From Raja brachyura (lineage: Eukaryota), in assembly GCA_963514005.1 (NCBI GenBank), contig OY740821.1, forward strand, positions 13,144,001 through 13,208,000: DNA of 64,000 bases. The letters are read 5' to 3'. Positions 38,069-50,409 of the stretch are shown here, piece after piece. Each line of letters opens with the position of its first letter. Within the stretch, counting starts at the first letter, position 1. Under the pieces are notes generated by a model. That model had not been told where the DNA came from, did no database searches, and saw nothing but the letters and a program-made list of their open reading frames with translations. The translations under genes were made by a program, and so were the position numbers.

Positions 38069-39080
38069 GCCATTACAGATACTTGGTAGCGAGATTGGCA
38101 GCTCCAGGGTTTGGATGGTTTAGATGTGTGTGAAAGAGATGTAAACGAGGTGGAGGAGTTGCATTGCTAATCAGGGAGATTGTCACAGCTGCACTCAGGA
38201 CATACTGGAGGGTTCATTCATTGAGGTGATATGGGTAGAATTCTAAATACTTAAGGTGCAATCACTCTGATAGGATTATAGACACTGGGACAGAGGAACA
38301 GATGTGTAGACAGATTGCAGAAAGATGTAAAAGCAACAGGGTGACTTTAGTTTCCCCAACATTGTCTGGATCATTGACTTGCTCAGTGCAAGTGGCATAG
38401 ATAGGGCAATATTTGGCATGTATATCCAAGAGGGTTTCTTGAAACAGTGTGCGAATAGTTCAATTTGAGGGAGGGAGGGGGGTGAGTGAGGAGAGGAGAG
38501 GAGAGGAGGTGGTCGGGCTCATTCTGGACATTGTGTCACGGAATAATCCTGGTCGGATGACTGGTGTGTCAGTGGAGAGCATTGTGGAAACAGTGATCAC
38601 AACTCCATAAATGAATAAAAGGTAAGTCTGGACCTTGGGGGAAGCTACTAAATTTGGGTAAAGACGATTATAACATTATTAGACAGGAGTTAGTAACGAT
38701 GAGTACTTTGCATCGGTATTGACCAAGGAGGAGATCAGTGTAGGGCACAAGTGTAGAGATCAAGCAGGAAGTGGTGTTGGGTCTCTTGAAGAACGCTAGT
38801 TAATGATTCCAGGGCCCGAGTGGCAAGAGAGATCGCTGGAGCCTGGATGCAGATCAGCAGCCAATGTTGTTCGTTTAAAAAGGAAAACAGAAATAATCCA
38901 GGAAATTATAGGTTGATGTGCCTCATATCAGTAATAGGGAAGCTGCAGGAGAGGACTGTTAGGGAACGTTTAAAGGAGATGTACAGGACAAGTTTTTGTT
39001 ATCTTACAGAAAGCAGCAGGTACCTGGACTGTGTGGTCCAGGGTGGTGGTGGAAGCAGATGCGATAGTGTCTTTCCAACG
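38069..39080 (+). mobile_element. CR1 LINE ORF2 remnants (endonuclease to RT start, heavily deleted)
   Basis: AITDTW, GGGVALLI, DF.FPNI, GNSDHNSI and FKKENRNNPGNYRLMCLISVIGKLQE motifs. Confidence 0.8.
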
Positions 39081-39712
39081 CTATCTGATTTTGTTATTGA
39101 AGGGAGGGATATCTGTTGCTCTTAAGCACCATCTTATGGCTAGCTCTGGACTAACAGTGCAAGGAGAAAGTAAAAAGGTTCTGATCTCTGAGGCAGTTCT
39201 ACAGCTGCGCCACTGTGCTGCCCTTTGTCCAATGTGCGGACAAAAATAAGGTTGCAACCAAATCAGGAGTCTGTAATCATAGTATACATACATTGGATAC
39301 CAACGGACAGACTGAGTAAATGGGCACCCAAGTGGCAAGCAGAATTTAATCCAGATAACGAATGCCATCTACCGTCTTGTCAAAATGTTTCTTAAATGTT
39401 GTGATAGTACCCATCTCAACTACCGCATCCGACAGCTATTTCCACACATCGACCACCCTTTGTGTAAAAAAAGTTCTCAATTCCCATATTCTGAGACTGC
39501 ATTTACCCTACCTATTCCTCTAATGATCTTGGACACCTCTATAAGATCACCCCTCATCCTCCTTGCCTGCTCAACTTCTCTATAGCTCAGACCATCGGGA
39601 TTGGCAACAACCTCATAAATCTTTTCTGCACCTTTTGCAGCTTAACATCTTTCCAATAACAGCATGGCCAAAACTGAACACAATACTCCAACCGCGGCCT
39701 TGTAAAACTGTA

Positions 39713-39984
39713 GGGTGCACGGTGGTGTAGCAGAAGAGTTGCTGCAGCGCCAGAGACCGGGGTTCGATCCTGTATACGGGTGCTGTCTGTACGGAGTTTG
39801 TACGTTCTCCCCGAGACCTACATGGGTTTTCTCCCACACTCCAAAGACGTACACGTTAATTGGCTTGGTATAAGTGCAACTTGTCCCTAGTGTGTGTAGG
39901 ATAGTGCTAGTGTGCGGGGATCAATGGTCGGTGCGGACTCAGTGGGCCGAAGGGCCTGTTTCCGTGCTGTATCTCTAAAGTCCA
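39713..39984 (+). mobile_element. V-SINE inserted in an antisense CR1 fragment (~39380-40060)
   Basis: Head, V-domain and tail all present; TSD aaaactgta at 39704-39712 / 39985-39993. Confidence 0.85.
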
Positions 39985-40944
39985 AAAACTGTAACATGAC
40001 CTCCCAACTTCTATACTCAATACTCTGACTGATGAAGGCCAGTGTGCCAAATCTTCTCAACCACTTTTCATGCTCTCATCCATGCCGACATAATTAAACT
40101 AGAATCTCCATACTATTGTAGTCAATTCCTCCCCATAAATGCTAATATTTTATTAGCTTTCCTAATTACTTGCTGTAACTGCACATTAGAAATCACACAG
40201 CAGGACACCCCTACATGTCTCACCACTTAGATGACATGCTAAAATAACTCACCATGCAACTCAAGATCGGCCTGTAGTCAGAGATCACCCTTCTCACCAT
40301 CGCCGTAGTCTAGATGAACAGGAGTCTTCTTACCATCAGCAATTTGGCATGGAGATGTGGGGGGGGGGGGGGGGGGGGGCTCTTTGGGATACATTTTCAA
40401 GTGGCTTTACAAGCCCTCAGACTACCTGCTATTTCTGCAGCTTCAAGGAGTCTGTTCCATGTCCAATCGAGGTGAGAGGGGTTGCAGCCATTCCTTTGGT
40501 ATTTGAAGGGATTACTCCTTAAAATTATGCTGCAGCCCCACACGCCAGGTCTTTATGGGGTTGGGCTAATTTAGGGGTCTTCTAATGGATCTACTCCAAA
40601 GGTGGACTGACCACTTGTTCACCACATCATTAGGTGAGGTTGTCTGAATACCGAGCCCTCTTCCACATCCATATGTGGCTTTGTCCTTTTATGCAGCAAA
40701 ATCTTTTTGGCAATCAGAGATACAGCATTTACCAACGATCAACCACCCACTCTCACCAATCCGACATGAATCCCATTTTATTCCTCCCACTTTACTACTT
40801 TCCACAGATTGTGCCATTCACAAGGCAATTTACAGTGGCCAATTAACCTATCAACAAACCACGTCTTTGGTATGTAGGATGAGACTGTCACAGGGAGAAT
40901 AAACAAACTCCACAGACAGCACCCAAGGTTAGGATTAGTTTAGA

Positions 40945-41183
40945 TGTGGCCCACTGAGCCCATCCATACACTAGTTCTGTCCTACACACCAGGGACAATT
41001 TATAGAAGCCAATTAACATACAAACCTGCATGTCTTTGTAACATGGGAGGAGAATGGAGCGCCCCTCGAAAACCCACGTGGTCACAGGGAGAACGTACAA
41101 ACTCTGTACAGACAGCACCAATAGTCAGGATCAAACCAGAGTCCCTGGCACTGTAAGACAGCAACTCTACCACTGTGCCACCC
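40945..41183 (-). mobile_element. V-SINE (with an older copy at ~40715-40930)
   Basis: Antisense head ctctaccactgtgccaccc and V-domain aaaacccacgtggtcacagggagaacgtacaaactc. Confidence 0.8.
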
Positions 41184-41334
41184 TAATGGACTGCAGTATT
41201 CCCTGCTCTCTAACATCAGGGAAAACGCGAAAAAGCAGGCGATCGTTCTAGTACGTGAAGGGCAACGAAATAGAACATTTTGCAAAAATATAGCACTGTT
41301 AATACTTGAAAGTTTTTCTTAAAATTTTTTTTAA

Positions 41335-43447
41335 AAAACTTTTATTGGCATTCCACAGCAAGCACATTTCCATAAAACGGGTTTCAGTTATAATGCTACA
41401 TGTATGCATCATCCACTTATGTTTGTCTTGAATTGCCTCTTTTTGAGATTTGTACAAAACAAATATAGAAACAAGAACACAGTAAAAACTACTAACACTT
41501 AGGGAGTGATCCTCTCTTTACCATATAATAAAAAAAATAGTAAAAATAAAGTCTGGCCTATGAGGCAGTTTTCCCAGCGTGACACAAATAAATCCAGTTT
41601 AAAGTTAACATATGCTGTTTTTTTCTCCATTTTATAAATATCTATTGCGATGTCCATCCATGCATTCAGAGTTGGGCTCTCCTGTGATAACCATTTCTTT
41701 GTAAGAACTTTTTTACCAGCTACCATCAATATATTCAGTAAGTATTTGTCTTTTTTCCGCCAGTCTTCAGGTATGTCCAAAAGACATGGTCTTACTCTCC
41801 AGGGGCACATGACATCTAAAAATGTCTCGATAGGCATCATGTAACTCTCTCCAAAAACCTTTAATAACAGGGCAATCCCAGAGAACATGGTAATGATCTG
41901 CCTTTAAATTTCCACATTTTCTCCAATGAACTGGAGAGTTCCCACCGTAATGGGATTTCTGAGCAGGCGTAATAAAATACTGTATCAGGCTTTTCCAACT
42001 AAACTCCCTCCACTTTTGTCAGCTGGTAAACTTCCATTGATACCTCCATACTGCTGTCCATTCTTCCTCGGATATGATTATTCCTCCTTCCTTCTCTGAT
42101 GTCATTTTAATATATAAGGTTGAGTGTGATCTAAGATTCAATAACCATTTATACGACCATTAACTCATTTTACTACTAGTACGAGTTATACGCTTTCGTA
42201 AATAATCCCATCAAACCTATACTCGACTCCGTTATATTTTTAACATTTTGATCAACATAGTTCCGCATCTGTAAGTATCGATAGAAGTCTTGTTTTTCGA
42301 ACAGGAATTTTTCTTTAAACTTAAGTGTTCCTTCTTTCATTATGTTACAAAGAGCAGTTATGCGTTTAACTGTCCACACTTTAAACCTACTATCTAATTT
42401 GTTAGGAGTAAAGTCTGTGTTATATGCGCACCATTTAAGGATTGTAATGTCTTCTTATAAATTATACTCTGTTATGACTTCTCCATATTTTAAGAGTAAA
42501 TTTTACCCAAGGATTTTCAATAGCATTTATATAGTCTGGAAGGTTGCTGTCAGCTGTGATCGCTTGTACAGGAATGACAAGTGTTCTCTATTCAATATTT
42601 TTCCATTGGGTATCATATGATGGGTTGCACCAGCATATCATAGATCTTAACTGTGCTGCCTGATAAGTCTTTGAGAGAGAGGGTAGACCCCAACCCCCCT
42701 TTTGTCAATCGTAAGGTTTTGTGACGGGTCCTAGGCCTTTTACCTTGCCATATATACCTTGACAATATTTTGTCCCATTCATTAAATTGTTTTTGATTAA
42801 TCTCTATTGGTAGGGTCTGAAATAAATATAACAGTCTTGGCAATATGTTCATTTTAATAGATTAAATTCTCGAACTGGGACTTAAGAAAGGAATTAGGCT
42901 CCATCTAGCTATATCCTCCTTAATTTTTAGGTGTATAGGTGAATAATTGCATTCTGATAGTTCTGTAAGATCCCTTGGTATAATGATGCCCAAATATTTG
43001 AGATGTTCTGCTTGCTATGCCAGAGGGTACCTACTTCTGACTTCTCCTGATGGGCTGTAGTTGTATGTAAGCAGTTATGTTTTACCTATGTTAATCTTGT
43101 ATCCTGATAGTTGACCGTATTGTTCGAGTGATTGCATGAATTTAGGTAGAGAGTTTGTTGATTGCCCCAAACAAATCAAAATGTCATCTGCCTAACAGGC
43201 CAGTTTATGTTCAGTCCTTTGAATAGTAATACCTTTTATTTCTTCGTTTTGTCTTATATATTGGGCTAGTGGTTCCAAATATATGGTCCAAAGAGTAATG
43301 GTGACCATGCACTCTCCTGTCTTGAACCCTTTTTAGAGAAAAACTCTTTGATAAATATCCGTCAACTTTAATTCTAGCAGTGGGCTTATTATATAGTGCC
43401 TGTATGGTTTTAATAATAGTGTCATGCAGGCCAAATCTATGTAGAAC
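41335..43447 (-). mobile_element. L1-clade LINE, 5'-truncated, ORF2 pseudogenised
   Basis: VLHRFGLHDTIIKTIQALYNKPTARIKVDG; LEPLAQYIRQNEEIKGI; HKLAC*ADD (RT YADD hit by a stop); MNILPRLLYLFQTLP...YIWQGKRPR; AATAAA at 41341-41346 and an A-rich tail. Confidence 0.9.
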
Positions 43448-43736
43448 TCATTAGAGAAAATTCCAGTTTTCTGCTTTGAAAGTTTTTCAAAGCAATAGGC
43501 ACAATCTGGTACAGATACAGTCCCCCAGGAAGCTAAACAGAATTTCCATTTTGCTAGCTTCCACAAAACCTTCCATGTAAAAACCTTGATAGCTCATCAG
43601 TGAAGTTTGAGCAGCAGTGACACTGCAAATATAAGCAGCAAAACAATGAAATTCACATCTCACTGCATCGTGTAAGCAGCTTTCATTGATCCAAACATCA
43701 AAATAAGGTCCAAATAAATTTCAGTGGTCCAACATT

Positions 43737-43742
43737 TTTATT
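43737..43742 (-). terminator. RPS26: RPS26 polyadenylation signal AATAAA
   Basis: tttatt on the + strand, 32 nt past the stop codon. Confidence 0.85.
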
Positions 43743-43773
43743 ATTCAAACCAAATGACAGGATTTGTTAATGG

Positions 43774-43812
43774 TTACATAGGTTTGGGAGGAGGTCCACG
43801 TGGGATGTTAGC
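43774..43812 (-). CDS. RPS26: 40S ribosomal protein S26 (eS26), exon 4
   Basis: Pyrimidine tract plus ccattccag acceptor; ANIPRGPPPKPM*. Confidence 0.95.
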   Translation of the reverse strand, partial: ANIPRGPPPKPM

Positions 43813-44430
43813 CTGGAATGGAGAAAAAAATAAGTGTCAGCTGTTGCAGAAAGCAGTTTGCTACAAAGAATGCCACTCAGAAACAGGCATCCATGCGCTG
43901 AACATAAAAACAAGTCAAAAGCAAACATTTAACAGGTATTAAATTTGAGATATTTACTCATGTTCTGTTGCACACCTGCCATTAATATAAACTGAGCACA
44001 CATTTTTTTGTACATCGCTAATCACCATGTACATTACCAACACCAGAGTGCTTCAGAATTCATGAAGTAGATGAGTGAAATTTGTCATCTCCCCTCATAA
44101 AGCAGCAGCCACTATTTTTAAAAACACACAGTGCCACAACCTGGAATTTAGGTGTCTCTGCACAGGGATGGGGTGGTAAAACACCGTTGCTCAGGCATTC
44201 TGAAGCAGTCAAGGAATGCGATTCCATCATTCATCATTTCCCTTATCCAACCAACACCAGCATTGGTGGACGTGACAATAAATGTAACTTGAACCCTCCC
44301 AAACACCCAGGGTGCATCTTCTAACCAGTTAAGATACCACTATGGAACCCAATATCACAAGCAATATGGGTCAATGACTAATCAAAGTTGGAATGTCTGG
44401 TTTATTTACTGACAGCCTTTCAATACTTAC

Positions 44431-44561
44431 TCCTGGCCTGAAACGTGGTGGTGGAGTTCGATCCTTCCTAGCCTCCCGAGAACGGTTTCTCACCACCTTG
44501 CTGTGGATGGCACAGCTGACGCAGTAATGCAACTTCACATACAGCTTGGGCAGCACATATG
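44431..44561 (-). CDS. RPS26: 40S ribosomal protein S26 (eS26), exon 3
   Basis: 131 nt; [44 protein letters not shown]; ttttcag acceptor and gtaagt donor. Confidence 0.98.
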
Positions 44562-44615
44562 CTGAAAACAAAGAAAAGAACAGCAAACAATCAACAGCAG
44601 AATCCTTGCTTTTCA

Positions 44616-44882
<267 letters not shown>

Positions 44883-45191
44883 TTAGTTCTATAATTATCA
44901 AATGTACCGAGGTACAGTGAAATGCCATTCTGCATGCTCACCAGTCAGATTGGATAAACCCTACATTGTAGTTATCGGTTCTCAAATTAAAACATTTTTT
45001 TTGTCTTCAATGCGGGCTCGACCAGGATTTATTGCCCACTTACAGAGTGCCCACGAGCCGTGGTGGGTGTTAAAAATGAACACCAATCATAGGCCTCGAG
45101 TCACACATTGGACACCCTGGGGTGAAGATGGCAGACTTTTATTCAAGGACACTAACAAATCAGATGGGTTTAACAATCTAACAATCCCAGT

Positions 45192-45219
45192 CTGAAGAAG
45201 GGTCTCGACCCGAAACGTC
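45192..45219 (+). ncRNA. Minimal hammerhead motif in a TSD-flanked pLTR element (45184-45284), RPS26 intron 1, antisense
   Basis: CTGAAGA-A-GGGTC-TC-GACCC-GAAAC-GTC; TSD ttaacaatctaaca at 45170-45183 / 45285-45298. Confidence 0.7.
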
Positions 45220-45463
45220 CCCTTCTCCTTCGCTCCTTAGATGCTGCTGCACCCGCTGAGTTTCTCCAGCTTTTTGTGTAACCCTTAACAATCTAACAGC
45301 TGTTTTTCTCAAATTCTTTGGGGGAAAAAGATATCCAGATATAATCATTTGAATTTAATTTCTCTTATAGCCACAGATTCAAAAATGTTCTTGGAGCAGT
45401 GCTCCACAACACTCCCTGCTAACATAGTAATTTAGCCTCTGTGTTAACACTATGTACAACATG

Positions 45464-45688
45464 TTGTTAAAGAAGGAACTGCAGATGCTGGAGAATCGAG
45501 GGTTACACAAAAAGCTGGAGAAACTCAGCGGGTGCAGTTTTTCAGGTCATTGGTGGAGGTAAGGCGGGACAGGAATTTTTCAGGCCCTTGGTGGAGGGAA
45601 GAAGGGTCTCGACCCGAACGTAGCCTATCTCCTTCGCTCCTTAGATGCTGCTGCACCCGCTGAGTTTCTCCAGCTTTTTGTGTAACCC
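45464..45688. mobile_element. pLTR-derived fold-back element in RPS26 intron 1
   Basis: Inverted arms; TSD tatgtacaacatg (45451-45463) / tatatacaacatg (45689-45701). Confidence 0.8.
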
Positions 45689-45806
45689 TATATACAACAT
45701 GCTAGGTTGACAAACACATCAAATTGACATTGCTCTTCACATGTGTTAGTGCCGGATGATATTTGACATGGGGCTGAATTCTTGTACCGTTATTCCCCGA
45801 CTCAAT

Positions 45807-45834
45807 CTGAAGAAGGGTCTCGACCTGAAACGTC
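45807..45834 (+). ncRNA. Minimal hammerhead motif, RPS26 intron 1, antisense
   Basis: CTGAAGA-A-GGGTC-TC-GACCT-GAAAC-GTC (G-U at the base of stem II). Confidence 0.6.
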
Positions 45835-46875
45835 ACCTATTCCTTTTCTCCAGTGATGCTGTCTGACCAGCTGAGTTACTCCAGCTTTTTGCATCTATCT
45901 TCGGTTTAAACCAACAACTGCAGTTCCTTCCTACACAACTATTAATTTACTGGAGCATTATAAATGGTAACCAAAATGTAACTTTAAACCAGTTGCATAC
46001 CACCTCCTTGCACACAAATTCACATTGCTCTGGAGACTTGACTCAGCTTAACAAAACTATGCATGCACCATTCTGGGGATTAAGGATCTAATGAATAGAC
46101 CTGTTTAAGCGAGAACTTCTTCAGTGCAGACTTGGATAGATTTGTTTCTCCAGAATAGTTCTCTCTCCATTGATGTGTGTTCCATTGCTTTTTATTGTAT
46201 GACTGACTTGGCAAATGAAATTCCTCATTTGTTGCAAAACATACTTGGGTAATAAAGCATTATTGTAATTGTGACGTTGCCTGGCCTGCTGAGTATTTCT
46301 TGTTTGTTTTTGGAGATTAAAAGCTCTGCAGTTAAAAAATGTGTGCACCAGTCTACCTATGGATTCCGTATATTCACATTTTCATCTGCCTCGAATGATT
46401 TTATTCCATATTAACGTTAAAATCAGGCGCAGATTGTGGAACAGGGCTCCAAATACACACAGGCCTTTTTGTATTTGGAAGCGGTTCCTCGCTTCGAACT
46501 ACAATAAGTATGTCTCCAATAGTGAGTAAATTCGAGTTATATCATATCGAAATGTCAACAGAATGTAACATCAGGTCGTTTCTGCTGGCTGGCTTGCAGT
46601 GCAATTGACAGACGGTGTCCCCATCGATCGACCCACCCAGCAAGCCGCCTCCGCCAGCCTCCGGGTGCCCGCACAAGGCGGCCCAGCCCTGCGGGGAGGC
46701 AGGCTCCTGGGCCGGGCCCGGCATGTAGGCCTCGGCCCGCAAACGGCTCAGTGCTTCGACCACCCGCTTCCCAGGGGGCGAGAAGGGTGGTCGAGGCGGG
46801 AGGGCGAGGGCTAGACGGGGAGCGGGGCGACGCTGGCGGCGGCGGGAGGAAGCGGCGAGACGGGCCGACACTCAC

Positions 46876-46878
46876 CAT
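46876..46878 (-). CDS. RPS26: RPS26 exon 1 coding part (ATG only)
   Basis: gaagATG|gtgagt; joins exon 2 in frame; 3+178+131+39 = 351 nt = 116 aa plus stop. Confidence 0.95.
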
Positions 46879-46930
46879 CTTCAACACGAGTCACAAAGAG
46901 AAACGGAAGCAGGCGCTCGCGCCTTTTATA
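46879..46930 (-). promoter_or_regulatory. RPS26: RPS26 core promoter: TATA box and TCT/5'TOP initiator
   Basis: TATAAAA at 46930-46924; pyrimidine tract cttccgtttCtcttt with C46900 exactly 30 nt downstream; ETS-type CGGAAG at 46904-46909. Confidence 0.85.
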
Positions 46931-47719
46931 CCTCCGCGCTCAGGCCCCGCAACTGGCAGAAACAACCCCCAATGCCGCATTCAGCACCGGCATCACGGCA
47001 GCGGCTGCCCCGCCGCACTGATCCACCATGGCGGCTGAACAGCGCTCCCGCCACTCGGCCCTTTTGCGTCTGTAAGCACCGGGAACTACTTCCTGCGGCG
47101 GAGGGCGACGCCGCGGCGGGCCGGTGAAGGGGCCGCTACCCAGCGAGCAGCGCGCGCCAGCAGTGGTCACGTGACGCGGGCTGTCAATCAGTGGGAGCAC
47201 GGGTCACACTGCGTCAAACGCCCCGCCTCCGGGTTGAAGGCACTTGGAGATGGGGCCCATCTTTGGTTTGAACAAAAATTGAATCAAGTGCACCGTAATC
47301 GTAGAGGCAGAAAGGTTGAGGAACTGTGTTAAGAGCCGTACCTACTAACAGTACATTAACATACAGGATGGTCAAGAAACCAGAGATGGATAAGAAATAG
47401 AACTGCAAGAGATTAGAGAAATAGGGAGGGAAACAGTGTGACAATGTTACAAGGATGACAATGTTAACACCAAAGGTTAACATTGAGATATTGCTTAAAA
47501 GGGAGCTAACGTGGTGTTGGGGATGATGGGAGGTGATTCTGAGCGCAAGTAAGGACACAGGGAGCTGGATGCGTTTAGGTTTGTGCTCTTGGTAAGGTGG
47601 TGGCAATGGGGTCAGAGTTCAAATCAGATGCCAAGTTTGCAGACAGCTTGGTTCAGTTTGAGACAGTGGTCAGGAACGGGAGCAGATTTAAATGGAGAGG
47701 GAATGGAATTTAAAATAAA

Positions 47720-48635
47720 AACAAAAACTATTGGAAACACTCAGATCCAGGCTGAATTCATGGAAAGGGAAATTGAGTTAGCATCTCCGGTCAATGATCC
47801 TAGGTTTGAACTGGAAAAGTGAAAAGACAAGTTAGTTTTAAGTTGCAGAAAGGGCAAGGAAGGGATAGATTGAACAAAATGCATATCTTGGATAGGGCAA
47901 GGCAGGATTACAATGTATTCAACGGTTTACAGATGAGGGTAATGGTTGAATGAGGGTAGTTTGAGAGAAAGAGAATAAAAAGGGACATAGAGAAGCTGCG
48001 AAACACGGGTCAGAGTTGTTGCTGAGGCCTTAAACCAAAAGTATTTTGAAAATGCCCAGCAGATCAAGCAGTGTCTGAGGAGAGAGAAAGAGTTGAACTA
48101 CCGTTACAGATGAATGAACTTAATGGCAGAACTGGCTAGTTTCAATACAAACTAAATGCAAGTTATCTGAAATTGTTGAATTCAATAGTCCCAAAGGCTA
48201 CAACATGCCCATACAGATGAGATGCTGTCCTTCAAGCTTACGTTGGGCCTCATTAGGTTAGTGCAGGAGGCGACAGAAACATGGTTCAGAAAGGGAGTGG
48301 GATATATAGAGTGAAAATTACAGGTAAATGGAAGCTCCAGGTTGTCTATGTGGACTGGACAGAGAAGTCCTGCAGAGCAGCCACCCAATCTGCATTCAGG
48401 TTCTCCAAGGCATAGGAGGCCACACTGTGAACATTGAATGCAGTGCACTGGGCTGGAAGAAGTACAGGCGAATCACTGCTTCACTGAGAAGGACTGTGTA
48501 TGTCCTTGGTTGGTGGGAAGGGAAAGAATAGGTGTTGTATGACAGTTACAAATGACAGTGCAATAAAGGGAAGCATTTCGTGGTGATGAAAGAGTGGACT
48601 ACGGAATTGTGAAGTGAAATGTCCATAGGGAATGC
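47720..48635 (-). mobile_element. Old Penelope-like element (degenerate GIY-YIG)
   Basis: Minus-strand ORF 48182-48448, HCIQCSQCGLLCLGEPECRLG, is homologous to the PLE YCIRCS.C.L.YIGE..RRLG motif. It probably resumes at ~49235-49315. Confidence 0.7.
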
Positions 48636-49234
48636 GATATTGGTATTGATAGGCAACGATGCATGCTGTATATACAGGCGAATATCCTCTTGCGTAAATT
48701 TGGTGCGTGTGCAGATGTGGTGAAGATGTCGCTATTTAGAGCATACTGCACACCCCTCTACACTGCGTACCTGTGGTCGAACTATATAAAGACAAGTATG
48801 CAGAGACTAAAGGTGGCATATAACGATGCCATGAGAACACTGATGGTGTAGTGCCAGTAATATGTTTGTGGCTGCAGGAGTCAGTACTTTAGAAGCTATC
48901 CTAAGACACCACATGTATAAATTCATTTGCAGGATAAATGACTCTAAAAATGCGCTTATTGTGGCCTTGACAAAAATAAGGGTTAGCACTACACGCTACG
49001 AATCCCAGCTGTGGAGACACTGGTATCGTTGTCTCGTTGTACGACACTGATCATCTTTTACTCTGGATTTTTAACTTAAGTATTGTGGGTTTTTTAAAAT
49101 ATATAAATTGTGATGTTTTTATGTGATTTACCATGATTTTATATATATTTATGATATTTGATATGCAATGCATTTTTAATATAATGTTGCCCCTTGTCTG
49201 GACCTTGAGTCCGTAATAAAGTTATTATTATTAT
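48636..49234 (+). mobile_element. Non-LTR retrotransposon 3' fragment (RTE-X-like, clade tentative)
   Basis: ORF C-terminus LYIQANILLRKFGAC...LFRAYCTPLY...LW...LKVAYNDAMR, then an AT-rich UTR, AATAAA and a (TTA)n tail. Confidence 0.7.
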
Positions 49235-49324
49235 AAAGGGAGCAGAGGGGAGAGAGGCAAGGGGAGGGAAAGATACATCTGGTGGTAACCTTGTTGAAGT
49301 TAGCAGAAATTATGAGGCTCAAGC

Positions 49325-49880
49325 TAAACTCAATTGGCTCCTTTTGCCCAGGTTACATCGTCTTTCGGCCCGAAACTAGATTCCTGAAATAGACGCTCTA
49401 TTCTGAGCGCCATGAAGGAGGTTGCCAGGAATAGAGTAAAAAAAAACAAGGATTTGTTCAAAACTTCCTTGAAAAGTATCAACATCCCCACCGACTGCTG
49501 GGAACCTCTGGGCCAAGACCGCTCAAAGGTCAAGAAGCACTTGGGATTCCACGAACACCTGGCCCATGAACAGAGGCAGGTAGACAGTCATTTAGGGAGG
49601 CCACAGAGCACATCTTACTCCAAAAGGATTCCTCTTGTTGGAAAATGGTGGAGGTGATTGCATCTGAGTTATCCAGGTCGAGCCGAGATCACACCTCTGT
49701 GAAGCATGCAGAAGCCCCATGTAAAGGGCAAAAGCAGCACAGCAATGTGCAAACTACCCCCCCCCCCCCAAAAAAAAAAAATAAACTCAGGCACCTTGTG
49801 CCCCACATGTGGAACTGTCTGTGGTCCCCACAATGACCTCATCAGATACTCCAGAACCAAAATCCTCAATCCTAAAGTAT
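49325..49880 (+). mobile_element. RTE-clade LINE 3' fragment
   Basis: KDLFKTSLKSINIPTDCWEPLGQDRSK and terminal CPTCGTVC...DLIRYSRT zinc-finger remnant. Confidence 0.65.
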
Positions 49881-50409
49881 GGCATAAGACAAAAGCATAG
49901 TGGTTTATATGTCAAACAAGAACGTACTTGTCATTTTATATATATAGCAACTCGTGTATCTTATGAAACAGGGCCCTCTGGAGGCAACACTAAAAATAAC
50001 CAAGTTGGACTGGCCATTGTCACACTGCAAGAACACAGGTGGATCTTCCTCAACGGTGCCATTTCACAGTGTAAACACTCAGTGAAACAACAGCCGACAA
50101 AACTGCGGCTGTGCGACCCAACTGTTGGGGGTAAAGCTCGCTCGTGTCTATAAATACAATAAGCTAGTCCTGTAGGCTGACACCTGGGAGTTTCGGTGTT
50201 TTGTACCATGCAGGCCAGCTCCCAATGCAGTGTGGCTATTCTTCCAAAACAAGAAGAAATAAAGCCAAAAGGCATAAAAGTGACAAACCCTTTGAGCAGC
50301 TCTTACAGAAGCACAGTGCTATTTCGTGTTTTTCCCTCTGCCTCTGTTGAAAGGTCATTGATCCAAAACTAACTCTTTTTCTCTCTGCAAAGTGCAGGCG
50401 AAACTTTGT

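Larger units (their letters stand above)
46600..47235. promoter_or_regulatory. CpG island / RPS26 upstream promoter
   Basis: Very GC- and CpG-rich; ATGGCGGC (YY1-like) at 47028, palindromic E-box GTCACGTGAC at 47166-47175, GC box ccccgcctcc at 47221-47230. Confidence 0.9.

Noticed and set aside
21468-40379. Poly-G runs (21468, 30652, 33669, 40358) as G-quadruplex elements
   Set aside because: Simple homopolymers, common in this type of genome and prone to sequencing length error; no positional pattern.
44191-44237. Possible C/D snoRNA in RPS26 intron 3 (minus strand: ATGATGA ... CTGA)
   Set aside because: Only 47 nt box-to-box and no terminal stem. The would-be guide is tied up in a gcattc/gaatgc hairpin, and a partial resemblance to 28S (recalled from memory) is mismatched next to the +5 position. 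A snoscan/Rfam run would settle it.
46542-47200. Several 70-110 aa ORFs at the CpG island
   Set aside because: Stop-poor GC-rich promoter/intron sequence giving low-complexity Arg/Gly/Pro translations.
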